Source of the DNA: Lingula anatina
Taxonomy: Eukaryota; Animalia; Brachiopoda
NCBI GenBank assembly: GCA_051362555.1
Contig: CM120640.1
Location: forward strand, 22,072,001-22,136,000
Length of the DNA stretch: 64,000 nt
Direction of reading: 5' to 3'
The notes under the pieces were generated by a model, which saw only the letters and a program-made list of their open reading frames with translations, did not search any database and was not told the DNA's origin. The first letter of the stretch is position 1. Every line of letters starts with the position of its first letter. This document shows positions 52,067-64,000 of the stretch, piece by piece. The position numbers and the translations under genes were made by a program.

Positions 52067-54050
52067 TTTGATTTTTTACAGTAACAGTCTGGACGAAGTT
52101 TTGAGAGGCGACAGATACTGCGACGAAGACAAAGAATCCCAAAAATAATCAACCGTCTGGAATGTAAATAGTTTTTACGTTAGAGAATGTGAATAGCGAT
52201 TAAAGGTGAACTGTTGTACATTCAGGGTACTCAATATTAATTTAGATCAAATCAAATGTTAAGTACATTCCGACATTTGTTAAGTTCTTTTCTTCTAATT
52301 CTTCTCAATATCAATCTGAATAACCTACCTATATTTCTTTAGGTAATTAGACCGCACAAAACCATTATTAGGAACGTATTCTATGTCTCACCATAATACA
52401 TGTAGTACTCTCATTGTTAGGATTTACTATACTGTCTTTTTCCCATGGTGTTGAAATCGCACCACCATATTTGACAATAATCTTCTAGTCTTACAAATTA
52501 CTTTTACCTTTCTAAATTTGATCACACAATCGATGGCTGGGTCAGCGCCTTTGAAAGGTCCGATTTAGCTTCAATGTCAAACGATTGATTTCCAAATCTA
52601 TGGCAATAATCGAACGAGAAGAAAGCCGCTGTTTTGTGCGGTTCAGGTGCGTTACCGTCTCAACCCCTCGCAGAATGGCTCAGTATCGTGCGCAGAGGAC
52701 CGCTCACGACAGCAGGTATCGATTTTCTGCTTCCCGTGTTTCATGATCGATGGCAACACAAAGACTGTGCCGTGGGGAATTGAATAAACATAGTCCGGTC
52801 ATCAATTTCCTTCGCATGAACCATTTACATACATTTATTTGTTGGATATGACTGTTTGTATATAGTGTGAGTTTGTTTCAGAGAATTCGTGGCAAGGAAT
52901 TGATCGTAGTGTACGATCATTTTATTCGTAGAACCAAAGCTTCCATTCTGCAAACCCATTTGAAAAAAAAAAGAGCGTACCATGTTTCAAAGTATCAATG
53001 ATACATAGTCTACTGTATATGCAAAAAATTCTAAAACCGTCGGGCAAAAACGATTATTTTGAAATTGGTTGTCTGGTGCTTGCGATCTTCTAAATGGTTT
53101 CAGCTGCATTTGGGTTCGGGTTCCCTGACAAATTATATCATTGAGTGGTTTTGCTTACTCTGTTTAATTTTACGATTGTGAATTATTTGCTAAGCATTAT
53201 CCCCCTCTTCGCATTTTATCCTGCAGACAATATTGCCGGTTGAATTAACCGCGAAAACAGCCGTTGACAAACTTGGAAAATGTAATTCATACTAAGGATA
53301 ATCGTATTATTATATCTGCTACTCAAGTGATAAAAATGACACGGGACAACTCACGAAGTTTCATAATTTATTAACTTTTTTCTCGTTGTTTATGAATATT
53401 CATCAGGCATTCATCAACCAGCATTTCAGAGTGGTTCTTTCTGGAGAAAACGTGGACCTTTTTACCCGCTTAATTGGCCCAACTTGAGAAACGGCATGGA
53501 ACATAATAAACCAATCTTTGATTTAGAGCGGATCTTTCCCAACCAAAAAATCGGTTCTTTCAATCACCCCTGCCTTTACTCAACCGTATATGGGCCTGCT
53601 CAACAGCAAGTTTCATCGAATTTTTATGGTATGTATAAATGTGCGTCGACTGCACTTGCCTGACATGTGGTGAACGATATTCTTCTCCAATAATACTGCC
53701 TGCTATATATTATTTAGCGATACAAAAATAACAAAAATTACGTATTCTTATTGATACCTGCATACATTCAATTCAATCAGCCATTTACACAAAAATATAG
53801 TCTGTGAATAAGATGATCTGATTAATATACTTTTTGGACTAGATAAACAATTGTCAGAAATTTTCATCATATTTTTGAGTATTACAACTTCTTTTCCGCC
53901 TTCTTTACAAATTACGTATTGCTTGACATCAAAGACAATAAAAGCACGCGTGTAAACAATTCAAGAACTAAAAAGGATTCATCGGCAAAATCACTAATCA
54001 CTGAAAACCACTATTATTTCCTTTTCTATAATGTCACTGGAAATTATGTA

Positions 54051-56579
54051 CTATACAAATGACTCCTGAGGATTGTCGTCTGCTACATCAACAGCTATGT
54101 TTACCTCCCCTCCCTCTTCTTCTTTCACGGCAGCCTGTGGTACTAATTCTGCACCATCGGCTTGTTTTGGCTTTTTCTTTTTAACTTTTTTGACAACCTT
54201 TACAACCTTTTTCACCTTCTTTATTTTAGAGATTGCAGCGTCTGTAGATTCTGAGGCCGGGGCGTTTCCGCTGCTGTCACTGTTTTTAGAAATCAGAGGG
54301 GCTTTCTCATTTTCTTCATCCACTACTACAAAACTCGGAACTGCAAGCTCTTTAGATTCTTTTCCATTTTTGTCTGCTGAGCTCTGTTTCTCTTTTTCCG
54401 ATAACTTGCTATTGTTGTCCGTTTTATTTTCAGCCGCACTAGTGACATTTAATGGCTTTTTATGTTGGGTCTGTTCTCGCTTTTTTATGACTGTGGGTTG
54501 GTCGTAGCATTGATCTGGCACTTGAATAGGCGATAACGCACTCCTTTCTCCCTCCTCCGGACACAACTCGCTTTCTTCACCAGCAATATCAGGTGCTCCA
54601 GATTTACTCTCAGCCTCAGCCTCAGCCTCAGCCTTTAGTTTATCACTTTCAATCCTTGCCTGCTCTGCGGCCTCTTTTTCTTTTTGCAAACGGAGCTCTA
54701 CGGCTGCTAACTTTTCTGCGGGAATTTCGATCAATGTTCGTTTCATAAATTTCTTCTCTGACAAAGTACGTTGATGACGCGATGTTTCCATGCACCTTTC
54801 GGATATCTGTAGAGGGCTCTCGTTTTTGCTTGTATCGACGGCGCGGCTTGTACGTCGATCTTTGCCGGCGTCTGCAAACTCCTCTTTCTTGCGATTTTGA
54901 TCTTTGTAATGTAGTTTGATGATCCACCTGTATCGGTTGTCCTTGGCTTTCCTCTGGCGACGGGACATCTTGTAGCACTTTTCCGGAACTATCAGAGAGC
55001 GCGCGTTGGCGGGTACGAAGTCATCCTCGGCCTTGGTTTCCTTGTTTCGGATTTGCTGAACAGCATTCTGTACGAGTGCAAAATAGTTAAACTGAAGTTG
55101 CCAGCGTTTCTCCAGATTATCCTCTTGTTGTTTTTGAATGTTCTTTGCCTCTTCTTCTTGTGCATTTTTCATCATTTCTTCCATGGCCTGTTTTTTCTCT
55201 TGTTCGTTACCAAGCATACGGATGCGACGCCACTTATCATTTGGATTTTCTTTTTTCCTCTGCTTCTCTTTATTTTTATTCACGTTGACCAGTGTGGCAA
55301 ATGATGTAATTTTGTAGGATACAACAGGTTTGTCAGAAGACTCGTTGCCTGATGACGTGGTATTTGCTCTAGACATAAGTCCTCTCAGCCTGCTTCGCAA
55401 TTCCCTCTGTTCTTCCGTGCCCTCTGGTTCTTTGCCATCTGCGGCATTTTTCGCGTCTTCTTCACCCTTTTGCGCGTGTTTAAATATTAAGGATTTAAAT
55501 CTCCCACCTAATGCTGGCTTCTTTGAGGTAGAGAGATCTGTCTTCTCGGCGCCTGGGTCTACTTCAACTCCTTCTGCCACCTTGCTTTTTAACATCATGT
55601 TTTTCATGTTCTTCTTTTCTTTGTTTTCCGCTTTTTGTTTTTCGTTCTCCATCTTTTTGATTTCCTCGTCCACAATTTGTACATCTGCCAGACTTATTTT
55701 TCTGCTGACGTCGGTGTTGGTTGGTGAGGCGCCAGGCTCCGTATTGGCCAGGTCTTCAGGAACGGGGGAATGGAGGGCGTGGTAGGAGGTTGTATCAACG
55801 GGAGCATCACCTTTTTTGGGCTCTTTGTCGAGTTCCTCAAACTGTCTTATCAAAGCTTTCCTCTGTATGTCCAAGATCTGCTCTTCTGTTGGAGTTATGA
55901 AACCGACGTGGTACCGGCTGAGATAAGCTATGCGCTCATCCATGGTCATGCGGTAAGCTCGGTTGCCGTAAAGACGCTTCCATTCTGCCTTTTTCTCCTT
56001 TATCTTATTTTGTTTTCTTTCTTCTTTTTTCTGAATGTCCTTTTTAACTTTCAATTCCTTTGCTTTCTCGAAGATATTTTTGGACCTTTTCCACTTCATG
56101 GGTAAACCCATCTTCTTTCTTTTCCTATGAAAACAAAATGTGCAATATTAATAAAGATTGGAATCTTTTTCATTTCTATGTCTGAATTGAAATGAAAAAT
56201 GTTCTTAGAAATTGTAAAACACTTCTTTGTAACTCCACATATTTTTTAAACTTCATATCGCACTAGGAATTACTGAATGTATTGGGAAAATAAAGAATAT
56301 TTTCGACGACACGAATATTGCATACACAGCTTACCTATATATTTTACAGGTCCGAATGCAGTTCCCTATTCCGTAGATTAGCGGTGCCACTACGCATATC
56401 AGAATGAAGAAGGGTATTACTATGTAGTAATATATGTTCATTATGTTTTCAAACCAGAGTTTTAAAGGTCTGAAAAATTCCGCCACTGGGTCAACCGTTG
56501 GCGACGGGGTGGTCATTTCCGTGGTCAGGTTGTAGTCCAACGTAGAGTTGGTGACGTTGTATATAGCCGTGGTTGTCAT
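54051..56579 (-). CDS. Uncharacterised single-pass membrane protein (paralog C), exons 56579-56335 and 56124-54051, ~772 aa
   Basis: The 82-aa ORF (Thr-rich, with NVT, NST and NLT sequons and TM IYYYIVIPFFILICVVAPLIYGIG) ends at AG|GTAAG. It splices in phase 2 to TAG|G AAA AGA AAG AAG ATG of the 686-aa ORF. Confidence 0.8.
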
Positions 56580-57173
56580 GGTGAAGCGTCAAAAATGACT
56601 GGAAATGAAAGATATAAAATGAAAATACTTTTTTATATTCAAGTCACACGTGAATATATTTCCATGATATATGTGACAAAAGTGACTCCATTATTATGTT
56701 CAAAGATGGCTGCCTTTGCATGTGCATCGTTACCTTCAACAAGTAGGTAAAACTCCCGTTTTCCTTTGCTTATCGATTCATTGAAAAAGGGCACATCAGA
56801 ACAAGATAAAACCAACCTTTTGCTATCTCTCAGGTATCCAAAGAATGGCTTTTGTCCCCTCTTATGCTATAATTTGCAAGTTGCTGAAAACTATCTGCAT
56901 CATTTTATTTCAGTGTCAACACAGTTACCAACAAATCTGCTATTAATTCAGCCGGGTAGAAATTGATTTACGATATTGAACTTCTATATTTGCTGTGGAC
57001 ACTGAAGAAATCTGCATAATTTCTTTGTTTTGAATCCATAAGTAGAACAAGTGCTGAAAAGAATACTCGACTGTGTGATCAATAGTACGAACATGGTTGC
57101 AAAGTTTGGTCCCACAGTAACTTAGTCATCTGTGTACCATTTGAACAACATATCGACAGCTTAACTCCCGCCA

Positions 57174-57200
<27 letters not shown>

Positions 57201-57210
<10 letters not shown>

Positions 57211-57980
57211 CGGGAGACCCCTGTTGTGCCGGAGTCAAGACGAATTGAACGAAAAACTTGTCACTCTTATAATCATTATATTGATGAAATGAAATGACTC
57301 TGTGCCCTATTGTTACTGTTAAAACAGCGGCACAATTGTCACCCAAAGAGAAATACAATATCTTTTTTAATATGAAATATATTTTTAGCTTATATTTGAT
57401 TTCTTATCAATAAACACTCATTTTGCACACACTCCCCATTTATGCAACCAGAGTCAAAGGATTAACCGATTTGCCATAATTAAATGAAAAAGTAAAAAAA
57501 CATGAACACGTCTGTCAAAATACTTTTATACAGTTCAATTTGATTCAATCACACTCATTCGCACATAACATTTAACAATTTGAAAATTCAGGGGGGGGGG
57601 CGGGAGACCCCTGTTGTGCCGGAGTCAAGACGAATTGAACGAAAAACTTGTCACTCTTATAATCATTATATTGATGAAATGAAATGACTCTGTGCCCTAT
57701 TGTTACTGTTAAAACAGCGGCACAATTGTCACCCAAAGAGAAATACAATATCTTTTTTAATATGAAATATATTTTTAGCTTATATTTGATTTCTTATCAA
57801 TAAACACTCATTTTGCACACACTCCCCATTTATGCAACCAGAGTCAAAGGATTAACCGATTTGCCATAATTAAATGAAAAAGTAAAAAAACATGAACACG
57901 TCTGTCAAAATACTTTTATACAGTTCAATTTGATTCAATCACACTCATTCGCACATAACATTTAACAATTTGAAAATTCA
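57201..57980. repeat. Apparently identical 390-bp tandem duplication beginning in a poly-G tract
   Basis: G10-CGGGAGACCC...TGAAAATTCA occurs at 57201-57590 and again at 57591-57980. Confidence 0.92.
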
Positions 57981-58414
57981 GAATACTGAAAAAATATTTA
58001 TGCTACATTTATTATGTGTAGCTCCAAATATACTGTTAAGTCATTTTTACAGCAAATAAATTCAGCAATTCTTGCACCATAATGATGTTGTGAACTTCTT
58101 TTGTATCAGGGTGAATAATCCATTCTGTTATATTTTCTAGTTCACTTAATTGTTTAAATGACATTCAAGTCCATACTTGTCAGACACTGTTTTATATCAA
58201 AGGTGCAATACTGAAATATAATGCAAAATAATTGATGTATATAAAAAGTGAATTTTACAACTGATAAGACATGCATTAGCTTGGGTTTTAATCAAGCAAG
58301 ATATTAGTTTCATGCATGTTACCCATATTAACTAGGGCAACTTGATATCAGTTACTGTAGTGAATAAAGGCAATGCATCATTAATAAATACAATATCAGC
58401 TTGAGAAACTTGGT

Positions 58415-58710
58415 ATACTGCAGTGTCAGTCATTGTTTCTATGGTAATGTATTCTTCTGGTGGGCTGCCCATATAGTTGATGTTGCAGTGTCAGTCACTG
58501 TCTCTATGGTAATGTATTCTTCTGGTGGGCTGCCCATATAGGTAATACTGCAGAGTCAGTCACTCTCTCTATGGTAATGTATTTTTCTGGTGGGCTGCCC
58601 ATATAGTTGATGCTGCAGTGTCAGTCACTATCTCTATGGTAATGTATTTTTCTGGTGGGCTGCCCATATAGGTGCTGCTGCAGTGTCACTCACTCTCTCT
58701 ATGGTAATGT
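58415..58710. repeat. 65-bp minisatellite, ~4.5 copies, overlapping the IBTK C-terminus, stop codon and 3'UTR
   Basis: ATGGTAATGT recurs at 58441, 58506, 58571, 58636 and 58701. Confidence 0.92.
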
Positions 58711-61700
58711 GCTCATCACTGTTTTCCGAAGCTCTATAGTGAGCTAGCAATTCCTGGATGGCCTGTTCTTCCATCTAAAAAAAACCCAAAATCAACTGCC
58801 TTGTATTCCTTTTAGTTTGTGTCTTGAGTATAAAAAGACAGGCACATAGTATGATGTAAATGTCTAACAGTAATTTTTGTACATAACACATTAAATGCAC
58901 ATTTTTTCGTAAGTTCCTGCCAGACTAATCAATCACAGAAGTAAGCAAAACCATATTTGCACATGGAAAATTTGAAACCAATAACCAACTCACCTGAATG
59001 AGAGCCAGAGGTTTCTTTGTATTTTTATGCAAGGTCTCTCGCTGCTGTATTTCATCTTTCAAGATCTGACTAAAGCTGACAGTCTTGTGAAGTGGCCTGT
59101 CCTCCTCCTGGACACTGGGTTCTCCTGGCTGTTTCTTCTGCCAGGGGCTACTACTGGGGGAGGTGGGACTGGTGGGGCTCTGGGAGGGGTGCTTGTTGGA
59201 GGTACCTCTAGAGGTAGAACTCCCAGTCAGGCCCCAGCTGTGAGATAAAATGTATAGGGATTTATCAAAGTGCTGAGAAGTATGCTATGACCAGTAATGA
59301 AGGGTGTGGTATACAGACAATAAGTACTTATGCAGAGCTCTATACCAAATATTGTATCTCATAACACCCAAAGAACATAAGTGTCTAACAAAAAATAACT
59401 ACTTTATTTTCAACATTGACTATTAACACTGATAAACATTAAGGAAAGAAGTGAATATAAAATCTTCTGAATATACCTGAAAGATATATCTCCTCCGCCT
59501 CTGTCAGTTAGCACCTTGGGTTTAGCACCTTTCCCAACATTTGCATCAACACCTGAACCGGTAGATTTGGATGGGGTTCCCCGAACGTCAGCTTGCATCA
59601 GATCTCTGAAGGATGGAACAGCTGTGCTCACAGAATTCCTGTAAGATTTGCAAATGGGATCAACAAATTAGACATAGCATATACAAATATGCAATATCTG
59701 CCAATTTATACAATTTACCTTACATTATACTTCAGATTATATTAAGGTCACCTATTTCTTATAAAACAAGCCATACATAGACATTTTGTTTACTCTTTCA
59801 GATCTGCTGCATCTCTGTACTAATATTAATGATGCGATGACTGTCAAAACTTTTATAAATTCTCATAGTTATTGACGTAGACCTCACCATGGGTTGGTCG
59901 GCTGTGATTTTTCTTTAGTAACTGATGAAGACAAATTATCCTGACCCTCAGATTCTGATGACTTCTGATGTTGCATCTGTCGCTTGCGTTCTTTCTGAGA
60001 CAATTTTTTGGGAGTCTGTTTGGTTTGTCTTAAAAAAACAGTCGAAAAAAATGTTAAGCATTTAAATATGATCACAGAAAGAAGCAAACTTCAAATCAAG
60101 TTCTAAAATGGCTAAAACAATACATCTACTTTTTCTCAATGAATCCACCTGCTAAAAAAATAAATAAATAAAATAAATAAATAAAAAATCTTCAATGGTT
60201 TAACATTTAAAAAGGAAAATTAAAATATTTCTCACCCAACAGCTTTAACCACACCCATCGGCTGCACTTGTTGACTTTGCAACTCCATTGCAAGGATCTG
60301 TCTCATGTTGAAGACCTCTACCTGTGAAGTGGCGCCACCTGGTGAAATGAACTGTGGTGGAGAACTTGCAGCATCAGGATGCATTTCTTGGGACTCTGCA
60401 TACAGATTAATAGAATCTGATATTATACAGACAGCTTGTTAAATTCAAATATACTTCTGTACTTTGCCCTAAATATAAATTTCATGTTTTCGCATATTAC
60501 ACTTTATTTAAATAAGATAAAACTTGCATATCTAAAGGTATAAGGGAAACTCTTTTTATTCCTGTTTGACTATATTTCTTATACCGTGTCATTAAACTGT
60601 ACCTTTGCGAGGTGGGGACTGAAACACAGCCACATTTTCTACAGATCCTTTAGACCCCCATGCAGGCGATGACTGAGGACCCCAAACTGCACGGGGAGCC
60701 CTTTGGAATGGAATATCCATGGGCTGACTGCTCACAGCCTGCAGATGAAATCACAACACTATACATTTCCATCAAAATGTACTTTTACAGTTCCTTCAAT
60801 GTTCTACTGGTTGTGTTCCTCTAGTATTATATCATCTATTACAAGCCATGTCCAAGCCAAATGATTTTTCTCTCAAGGGTAAAAAATATTGTAATACACT
60901 ATGAAGGAAAACATTTAAAAATATTATTACCTTGGGTTTGGTTATCGTCTCCTCTTTTGAGGGTTCCTCCTGGATAAAACTGTCATCCAAGCTGGCATCT
61001 GAACAGATAGACAACCTGGTCTCCCTTCTGTCATTCTTCTGGGACTCTTCACCTAATTAAAAACAAAGATTTCTTTGTTCTACAACCAAATTGGTCAACT
61101 TAATGTTTCACCAAATTTTATTTATGTACGAAAACACTTAAATGGACTCCTTCCTGGAGCTCAAAATAGACTTTTCTTTGATCAATTTTAATAAGTTATA
61201 AATATCACCTACCAGAACTTTTAGTCCTCGTCCTTTTCCTTTTTGTTTTATTTTTCTTTGCTGAATTCTCTTCCTTCTGAAGTTGTAAGCCATCAAGCGA
61301 CCCTTCCTCCTCCAGTGCCTCCAGCTCCTCAGAGCTTGGGCCAGTAGTATACGGTGTGATCACACGGTAACACATGCTGGGAACCTAAAATATGACATCA
61401 ATATTATGTCCATTTAATACACCCCTTTTTAGATACTTTATTAAGAACATGCATGGCTGTCATTTAAAACCCACATGTAGAGCATTAACATAAAGTAAAG
61501 GGACAAGGATGGAGAAAATGCTGTTTATGTTGTGGTGATGTCATTTGGTTAGAACTGCAATGACAAGAAATGTCTATTAGAAAATGTATAGATCCATGCC
61601 CTTTAATGATTATAAAGGTTACTTTAATAATAAAAATATATATATATATTTTAGTAAAGAGTACAAGTAATGATGTCATGTTTTATATCCTGACTCAAAA

Positions 61701-64000
61701 TACATGCATTCCTGTGAAGTCATACTCACTGTTCTTCTGTAATATTTTGTGAGTTCCTCCATTGTACTTTCACTGACTACATCAAGAGATCTATAGAAAG
61801 GAATGCATTACATATTAATGGTAAATGTTCTAATCAGTGACATGTATTTCAATAGAACAGAGCATAGCATTTTCAACTAGACTTGTTCATCAGATTAATT
61901 TCCAAGATTTTTTTTTTGCAGTAATGTTTATTAGCTTGGTAGTTGGATCATAAATGACAATTATCAAACACAAGCCAAAAAATTTTAATTGCCAACCTGC
62001 ACATAGGCCTTCATCATATTGATGTGAGATGTTGACAGTCACTGACCACTAGGTGGTTTATTGTTGTTTATTAAAACCTATTTTGTGGAGAAAATGTTGG
62101 CGGTCACATACCTGGCTTCCAAGATGGCAGCAATATTTAGTGTGATGAATTGTTGGCATGTTAATTTTAACTGGCTGGCATTGTACACACTAGCAAACTC
62201 CAACAATTCAGCAGCATTCTTGAGTGAGACTGAAAAGAAACACAAGGTAAAAATATTATGTTTCTCTCCACTCCCCCCTTTCCTCTAAAATGATAACAAA
62301 ATTTGACATTTGAATATCAGTAAAATACTTACTGGCTTTATATAGCATGTGTTTAATAAGAAAGAGGTGTTGATTTCTAATATTATATTTGTGCAATTTG
62401 AAAGGAGAGAAACCTTACTTAATTGTGCCAGTGCAACTTCACACATCTGCCTTAATCTGGTGATCAACAGTTGGTCAGCCACCACCAAGATGTTACATAG
62501 CAGCTCTGCGTTGTCTGTGTCTGAAATAACACGTAAAAATCATTAAATGCAGGGATAAGACTGCTCTTTATCGAAAAATCTGAAAATATGACTGGGGTCC
62601 AGGGGCCCTTCTGTATTGATCTCAAAAATGATATATTTGGCTTCCAAAAAGTTAGGAAAATCTCATTACTGTAAAATGGAATTTTTCTTTTCTGAAATGA
62701 AAAACTTTTACATCTTAAACTTGCAATGCAACTTAATCCTAATATAAAGCATTGCATTCTCTTAAGTTAATAATAATGGTCATCATCATGAGGTTTTTGA
62801 AACAAGAATAGCACCTTTACTTTTAATCTGCGTAACTGATTTATGTACAATGACAATTCAACTATATTATAAGAAGTCATTCACCTCACATGGCATTTAA
62901 TAACGAAGTTTCTACATGAAATTCAATTGCTCACCAGAAATAATGGCAGACTCATCCGTGTAGAGGTAATCAATAATAACGCTGAGAATATCTCCCGGGA
63001 CTGGCAAGGTCAGGGCTTCTGTATTGGAGGTCTGGAAATACCACATTAAATAAATCTTAAGAAAAAAATACTGGCTACTAAAATAATCAGAGGCCATTCA
63101 AGGAATAACGATAGGAGCACACTAAATATCTTTTACATGTAACATTGTGTTTATGAAATTACTCTATGGTAATTCAGGCACTGAAAACCTGAACATGGTC
63201 TTTGCTAGATAGAAAATCAGGCAGGCAGAGAGATAGAAACAGGTACACATATACTGTAAAAGTACCATGATTCACCCACCTCCACCCATCCACTAGCCAG
63301 CATGCTATGGAAATACTCCAGTCTGGCCACCAGGATACACTTGTGTGCCTGCACAGTGTGGCTGTCGTCTGCTTTGATACACACATCGCGCAGTATGGGA
63401 CTGAAAATGTTGAGTGAATTTTTAAAAATTAACATTTAATTAATGGATTCTGATTCAATATGGCACTCTGGACAGAATCTTAAACCTATGGGGTGGGCAA
63501 CCAGTACAGATGACAAAATATTTATCAATACATCACAATGTTTCAAAATTTGAGGTTTTGTATACTAAGATACCAATTTCTATTTAAAATCTGTATATAA
63601 AAATGCACTTACTATTTCTTCCTGTCAAACTTGGGTCTAGGTGGTGAAAGATACTTTCCACTGGACATAATTTTTCCTCCAACATACTTCACAGCATCTA
63701 GCCTGAATAATAATTATAGAAAATGATATTTCACCCTCAATACATACTATGACAATTGCCAATTATTTGACAGTTTTTACATGGGCAGTAAGTAAAAATT
63801 TGAATATTTTAAACTCGTGTAATTTCTGAGATAATCAGGTAACTCAAAATGATAAGAGTAGAGGCATACTAACTTTTTCATTAATGTATGGACTCCAAAT
63901 CTTTTTGCCAACTCATGGAGCTGCTTCACTGGGTTATTACCACTTCCATCTACTGGGTGGTCTTTTTTGCCCTTTTCTTTATCTTTCCCCTTCCTCTTTT
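58634..64000 (-). CDS. IBTK: Inhibitor of Bruton tyrosine kinase (BTB-domain protein), 3' ~15 exons; 5' part lies outside the window
   Basis: BTB and post-BTB exons read DVCIKADDSHTVQAHKCILVARLEYFHSMLASGWVE, IIDYLYTDE, VVADQLLITRLRQMCE, SLKNAAELLEFASVYNASQLKLTCQQFI and KKLSQKERKR. The terminal part KPLALIQMEEQAIQELLAHY...ITIERV...APIW matches my recollection of the IBTK C-terminus. Confidence 0.9.

Noticed and set aside
46167-56105. Multiple plus-strand Ser/Phe/Leu-rich ORFs over the three membrane-protein genes
   Set aside because: These are antisense shadows of Lys/Glu-rich coding sequence, with no independent gene signals.
57161-57358. ORF ending in poly-Pro
   Set aside because: It is an artefact of translating the poly-G homopolymer.
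58415-58710. Regularly spaced repeat that could be mistaken for a CRISPR array
   Set aside because: The whole 65-bp unit repeats with no unique spacers. The context is eukaryotic and no cas genes are present.

Overview
AT-rich, intron-containing animal genomic DNA. It looks like a marine invertebrate, probably a mollusc or other lophotrochozoan, but that is an inference from composition and gene structure. From left to right: the 3' part of an ankyrin-repeat gene (+); API5 (-); a selenoprotein M gene (-) with an in-frame UGA, a 3'UTR SECIS and a U12-type intron; PRPF19 (+), head-to-head with SELENOM and carrying a 180-bp intronic palindrome; cytoplasmic tyrosyl-tRNA synthetase YARS1 (-), with a collagen/C1q gene nested antisense in an ~8-kb intron; an AGPAT3/4-type acyltransferase (+), head-to-head with YARS1; a CpG-rich block of three tandem, uncharacterised, apparently paralogous single-pass membrane protein genes (-); an exact 390-bp duplication; and the 3' part of IBTK (-), whose stop codon is supplied by a 65-bp tandem repeat. 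All exon boundaries were read by eye from GT/AG signals and frame continuity. No database searches were run.
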